Positions 59,431-64,000 of a stretch of DNA of 64,000 nucleotides are shown here, piece by piece. The notes beneath the pieces are model-generated. The model had not been told where the DNA came from and searched no databases. It saw only the letters and a list, made by a program, of their open reading frames with translations. The stretch lies in contig CAVTCR010000006.1 of the NCBI GenBank assembly GCA_963733195.1, positions 1 through 64,000 of the forward strand, written 5' to 3'. The position numbers and the translations under genes are program-made. Position 1 is the first letter of the stretch; every line of letters begins with the position of its first letter. The stretch is from an uncultured delta proteobacterium. Lineage in GTDB: Bacteria > Desulfobacterota > Binatia > Bin18.

Positions 59431-60840
59431 TTAGGATGTTTGCCCAGCAACCGATAAGCGCAGTTCTTCGCTGGTATGAGGGAGACCTTTTGCCTGCTCA
59501 ATCCAGTCGCGAATCTGGGCGAGAATCGGCAAAATTCGCGAGAGTTGTTTGGTTGCATTAACATCCAGAAACTTTTGGTGAAGGGTTTCTGCCGTGCATT
59601 TCGTCAGTTCGGTGACGGAATCAATGCCTGCAGCGTTTAGCAATTCTGCATAGATTCCCGACATGCCTTTAAGGCGCAAGAATTCGGCCTGTCGAACCCA
59701 TTGGAGGATGAGCGATAAGGGGATTCCTGTCTTGCTCGAAATCTCATCTCGTCCCTCTGAAGACAAGCCTTTCTCCAACAGAGCCGCTCTGGAAGTGATT
59801 CCAGCCTCCCGCAGCTTTGGTAAATATTCGTCATTGAGACTTTTGATTTCGCTCAGGTCTGTTGTTAACACGCGAGGCTTTGTGGCCAACCACTCCCGAG
59901 GAAGGCTTGAGGGAGTGCGGTGATGCAAGCTGGGAGAGAATTGGAGAGGGACGGTGATGGGTTCGCTCTTGCGATGAAGAAGCAACTCGAGGCCGGCGAT
60001 GCGTGCCTGCAGACGTGTAATGGTTGCCTCTTTCTCTCGAAGCGTTACTTGGTGACGCGTCTTGAGTTCACTTATCCTCGCCTCCTTAGTGATGCTGTCC
60101 TCGTCAGGAAACTTGAGGGTATTAATATGGGCTTGCAGACGAATAATCTCAGCATCCTTGTCTCGTACCGCAGTTTGGTAGTAAGCCTCGGCTTCTTGCA
60201 GCGTGCTCGTGCATTCTGAGAGTTGTACACTCAATGGTTCTAGGGTAGCGACCTGCGCTTGAAGGTGGCTGATTGTAGTCTCTTTTTCGTTCAGTAGTGA
60301 GTGAAAGTGCGCTGTCAGCTCGGCAATATGATTCTCATGTTCCTTGAGGTTTTCATGGGGAGTGCTGTGTTCCTCCAGATGTAACAGCATCTGACGGAGT
60401 TCTTGGTCTTTATTCCCAAGTTCATTGTGCAAGGTCCGTACTTCTGTTTCGAGGGTTATTGCCGACTGCGTGTTTTGTTGCAGGGCAAGCTCAGTAGCTA
60501 TCAGTCTCGTTTGTAACTTTTCGGTCTGTGCATTTGCCGCCGACAAGGTTGCGAATTGTTCGATAAGATCGGTTTCTAATTTGGCCAGCGAGGCTTCGCG
60601 ACTTTGTAATGCAGTCGTGGCGATTTCCACCTGAGTGCGCAGGGCGTTGATCTGCATGGGGATGACCTCACGTTCTTTAGCAAGACTTTCCCGACTCTGC
60701 GCTAGGATTTCGTCTTGGCGAAGGGAAGCTGAACGTTTCTGAGAGACAGACAATTGCTTGCACAACCAGCCAACAAACAGCCCTAGACCAAAAGCTGCAA
60801 GGAGGCAGACCCAGATTTGTTCAATGAGTACGAGAGACAT
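59431..60840 (-). CDS. Membrane-anchored coiled-coil protein with C-terminal DUF4332 (HhH-like) domain
   Basis: N-terminal TM, long heptad region, KLREAGI...LRLKGM...YAELLNAAGIDSV..WIEQAK. Confidence 0.8.
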   Translation of the reverse strand: MSLVLIEQIWVCLLAAFGLGLFVGWLCKQLSVSQKRSASLRQDEILAQSRESLAKEREVIPMQINALRTQVEIATTALQSREASLAKLETDLIEQFATLSAANAQTEKLQTRLIATELALQQNTQSAITLETEVRTLHNELGNKDQELRQMLLHLEEHSTPHENLKEHENHIAELTAHFHSLLNEKETTISHLQAQVATLEPLSVQLSECTSTLQEAEAYYQTAVRDKDAEIIRLQAHINTLKFPDEDSITKEARISELKTRHQVTLREKEATITRLQARIAGLELLLHRKSEPITVPLQFSPSLHHRTPSSLPREWLATKPRVLTTDLSEIKSLNDEYLPKLREAGITSRAALLEKGLSSEGRDEISSKTGIPLSLILQWVRQAEFLRLKGMSGIYAELLNAAGIDSVTELTKCTAETLHQKFLDVNATKQLSRILPILAQIRDWIEQAKGLPHTSEELRLSVAGQTS

Positions 60841-60859
60841 AGGTTAGGTTCCTTTTGAC

Positions 60860-61510
60860 TCAGCTCCCAATAGCAGAGGAATGAACGATGATTTCCGTCC
60901 GACGATTACGTTGCCTTCCTTCCGCAGTTGCATTGTCAGCAATAGGCAAGGAAGAACCATATCCCTGCGCGACTAAGTGCTGTTCTGCGACTCCCCGAGC
61001 AATAAAATAATTCTTGACGGTTTCCGCCCGTCGCTGACTCAAAGCGAGATTATAGTCTTGAGCGCCAACATTGTCAGCGTGTCCAGCGATCTCGAGGTGC
61101 GTATTGGGGTTTTTACGCAGGATGGGGAGAAGAGTGTTCAGTGTTCCTCGTCCTTTCGGGGTCAGTCTGTCACTCTCGGCATAAAATTCGACTACCTTAC
61201 TGCGAAGCGTCGGCGTCAAGGACTGTGGGTGTGACTGTTCCTTGCTTGTTCGTTCTGTAGGTTCTGCAGGTATAAGAGAATCTGTTGGTGTTGCTTCTAA
61301 CGTTGGCAGGGGTAAAGACACTGGTGGTGACTCTATAACAACTGTGGAAGGTGGGACGACAGCCGAAGCGATAGGGGGAATTACAGCAGCTGCCGGAGGT
61401 GAGATGTCGGAAGGATGGTGTACGCCTGGCCCCACACTATGATGCCACGTACAGAACAGCAAGAATCCTAAGAACGCAACAGTTCCTGCAACAATTCCGA
61501 TCTTTTCCAT
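60860..61510 (-). CDS. OmpA-family peptidoglycan-binding protein with TM anchor
   Basis: IAGHADNVG..YNLALSQRRA, GYG, NRRTEI. Confidence 0.92.
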   Translation of the reverse strand: MEKIGIVAGTVAFLGFLLFCTWHHSVGPGVHHPSDISPPAAAVIPPIASAVVPPSTVVIESPPVSLPLPTLEATPTDSLIPAEPTERTSKEQSHPQSLTPTLRSKVVEFYAESDRLTPKGRGTLNTLLPILRKNPNTHLEIAGHADNVGAQDYNLALSQRRAETVKNYFIARGVAEQHLVAQGYGSSLPIADNATAEGRQRNRRTEIIVHSSAIGS

Positions 61511-61727
61511 GATGGAAAATAATCCTCGTCTTGAGGGCTCACAAGGGTAAAGTTATGAGGAATGTAACAGGTTTTCACGGTGAAGACCCCTCACTTCTTG
61601 TAGTATGCAACCGAAATGGGGGACAAGACAAGTGTCTTATCTGGAACAGCGTTTCGTTGGGAAAGAGAGAAAACCGTAATTCTGGACTGGTGTCGAGAGG
61701 AGGCAAACGGTATCCTCCTTTTCGGGT

Positions 61728-62681
61728 CTATCCTTGGGGGAAGTTGCTCTGAATCACCTCTACTGGTGCTCCACCTGGAACAGATCGAAGTCTTCCCGCT
61801 CCGCGCCGTAAAAGTAATTGGAGTCCAGAAATCCGTGCCCGCAGCTGAGCAATCTCGACGTCTTTTTCTCGCACATCCATATGTGTCCTTACATCTGGAG
61901 GCGGCATTTGAATTAAAGGTGAGACTAAGGGGGCTTCGTGCGTGCCCAGCGAGGTAAGCTGAGTTCGTAAGCGCTCAATTTCTGTTTCTGCCTCATGAAT
62001 ATCAGATTGATAGCGAGCGCACGAGTGTCGCAAGTTCCGGTTGCTCTCGGTGAGGTGATTCTGCTGTATTTCGAACGTTGCCAAGCGATCCTGAAGTTGT
62101 TGAATCTCGGTCTCTCTGGTGCGAAGCGTAAATTCTAAGCGAGAGCGTTGCATTTGGTGATTCGCTTCTTGCTCACGCATCTTTACACTTTGCATTTCTT
62201 GGTCCTTGAGGCGCTGAGAGAGTTGCATGTGTGTTTGAGCTTTGTCTGCGAGGTTTCGACGGAGAGCTTGGAGTTCATCCTCCAACCGGCGCGCGAGGTG
62301 CCGCTCTTTTGACAACTCCGAATTGCTCTGTGCCAAGGCTTCTTGTGCATCTCTGAGCTGTTTTTCTATAGGTGTTGACTCGGAAACCTTTGTCTCAAGC
62401 TCACTCTGAGTGGTAGCCAAAACAGACTCCACCTTCTTCAGCGTGTCGTTGGCGGCCGTCAACTGATCTTGAAATTCACGAATCTGCCCTGCATTCTTTC
62501 GTGCCGCATGTTGGGCGGCCTCAAGTTCTTGCTTTTGTCGTTGGAGCCGTTCCTCCCACGACCTGCGGTCTTGCTCCAAAGCAAGGTTAGCGCGGAGTTG
62601 CTTAGCCAGCCATCCCACCAAGATACCAAGGACGAACGTGCCACAGAGGTACGGTATGATTTGTATAATCAATGGTGACAT
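61728..62681 (-). CDS. Membrane-anchored coiled-coil protein
   Basis: N-terminal TM FVLGILVGWL, heptad-rich body; paralog of 59431..60840. Confidence 0.75.
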   Translation of the reverse strand: MSPLIIQIIPYLCGTFVLGILVGWLAKQLRANLALEQDRRSWEERLQRQKQELEAAQHAARKNAGQIREFQDQLTAANDTLKKVESVLATTQSELETKVSESTPIEKQLRDAQEALAQSNSELSKERHLARRLEDELQALRRNLADKAQTHMQLSQRLKDQEMQSVKMREQEANHQMQRSRLEFTLRTRETEIQQLQDRLATFEIQQNHLTESNRNLRHSCARYQSDIHEAETEIERLRTQLTSLGTHEAPLVSPLIQMPPPDVRTHMDVREKDVEIAQLRARISGLQLLLRRGAGRLRSVPGGAPVEVIQSNFPQG

Positions 62682-62861
62682 ATAAAAACGCTAGCAGATC
62701 TTCTGGAAGCGAACCAGAGATTGTGCGTCTCAATTTTAGAGAACTTTTGTGACCGTCAATGCCTAATAACAAGGCGTGAGATGTGCGCTGGAAGGTAAAC
62801 TCGAGGTATGTTCGTGGAAGAGTGGGGGCGCACTAAGGACGCCCCCTTGTGCGGGCTACTA

Positions 62862-64000
62862 TTATCCCTGGCGGGAAAAATACGCGAGTAGATTTGCTTC
62901 TTCCCGCTGTTTGCAGGCAACGGCAATACGCAACTTTTCCAGATGCTGATCCATGGTCTTTGCCCCTTGTTTCACTGGATGAGACGAAAAGAACTGTCGA
63001 ACATCAGTTTCAAGAGCGGCCGTGGCAAGTGCGGTGATGCCTTCACACATGCGGACAATCGAGTTGTCTGGATACTGCTGTGTCATCTCCTCCCAATGCT
63101 GTTTCATGAATGCCCACACACGCTCCCGTCCATCGATGTTGAGTAGCAGCGAGCGCATGAGATATGGCGCGTTCTGGGTGCGTACCTCGCCATTGATAGT
63201 CATGGCGAGCGTCCGATCCAAAAGATCGACTGAGCGAAAAGCGGCGAGGGCGAAGAGGTAGCGTTGTTCTTCCTGTGGTGTTTTTGCCGTACTTACATTT
63301 GCGTGGAACTCCTCATACTCCGCGCGTCCCCCGGTGTGCGCAATAATCGCCACCAGTGCTGGTACAATATTGGGATCGACCGCACGAGGATCGATCTTAT
63401 ACCGCACATAGTGAGTCCGTGCTTCAGCTTGTATTGTGGCGTCGTTACCAAGAGTGCCCAGAGCGCTGAGTAGTTCCCCACGTAATTGTTTGGTGAGGTC
63501 ATTCTCTCCAGGTAAAGGGTGCCAGCCAAGTTTCTGGGTGATCGGAGCAAGTAACCGACGCAGGAACGTTTGCAATCCTGGCCGTTGCTGTGGGTCGAGC
63601 AATCTGTACAGATAGTGACATGATCCAAGGATTGCTGCCCAGACATTGGGGTCACTTTCTTCGCGGAAGAGTTGCAAAAGGTCGAGATAGGAGGCCATCG
63701 GACTGAGTCCGGCAAGAGTTGCGGCCCAGGTGTCGTTGACCAGATTGAACCGTTCGACCGCCGAGAGCGTCGTTTGTAACTGTTGCGTTAATTGGTTCAG
63801 CAAATCAGGAGAGTAGCGGACGCGGTAGAATCCTGCTCCGTCGGCGTTGACGATAACCCATTCCGGAGCCGCAGGAAGTGTAATGCGAGCCTCACGTTCA
63901 GTGAGGAGAAGCGTTTGTGTGTATACTCCTGTTGCGGTTTTTATGCGGAGGAAGATCGGCACTTGCCATGTCTGATCATGCCTCGTGTCATCTTGCAAAT
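62862..64000 (-). CDS. M1 family aminopeptidase, C-terminal ERAP1-like domain (5' part outside window)
   Basis: WQVPI, VNADGAGFYRVRY, ERFNLVND, EVRTQNAP, WAFMKQHW. Confidence 0.88.
   Translation of the reverse strand, partial: LQDDTRHDQTWQVPIFLRIKTATGVYTQTLLLTEREARITLPAAPEWVIVNADGAGFYRVRYSPDLLNQLTQQLQTTLSAVERFNLVNDTWAATLAGLSPMASYLDLLQLFREESDPNVWAAILGSCHYLYRLLDPQQRPGLQTFLRRLLAPITQKLGWHPLPGENDLTKQLRGELLSALGTLGNDATIQAEARTHYVRYKIDPRAVDPNIVPALVAIIAHTGGRAEYEEFHANVSTAKTPQEEQRYLFALAAFRSVDLLDRTLAMTINGEVRTQNAPYLMRSLLLNIDGRERVWAFMKQHWEEMTQQYPDNSIVRMCEGITALATAALETDVRQFFSSHPVKQGAKTMDQHLEKLRIAVACKQREEANLLAYFSRQG

Overview
Bacterial window with about 50 genes, no CRISPR array and no rRNA. The gene content (many CaiB CoA-transferases, LLM oxidoreductases, multi-copy cyclase-STAND-TPR genes) resembles Binatota or related deltaproteobacterial MAGs; this is inference only. 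Scattered frameshifts suggest an imperfectly polished long-read assembly. It holds catabolic and envelope genes, tadA, tRNA-Ser(CGA), a Tat-exported vanadium haloperoxidase, an MntA/HepT toxin-antitoxin pair, two tandem QueG/reductive-dehalogenase-like proteins and an Mla/MCE transporter. Main result 1: two probable selenoproteins that the ORF track breaks up. One is a MerB (organomercurial lyase)-fold protein with in-frame UGA at both catalytic Cys positions, a SECIS-like hairpin after each, and no catalytic Asp. The other is a GST with UGA at its active-site Cys and a perfect 9-bp SECIS-like hairpin. Main result 2: three class III cyclase/AAA-ATPase/TPR genes whose loops are filled by the genome's intergenic palindromes and short repeats; one has a two-gene cassette flanked by a duplicate of the gene's own 3' end.
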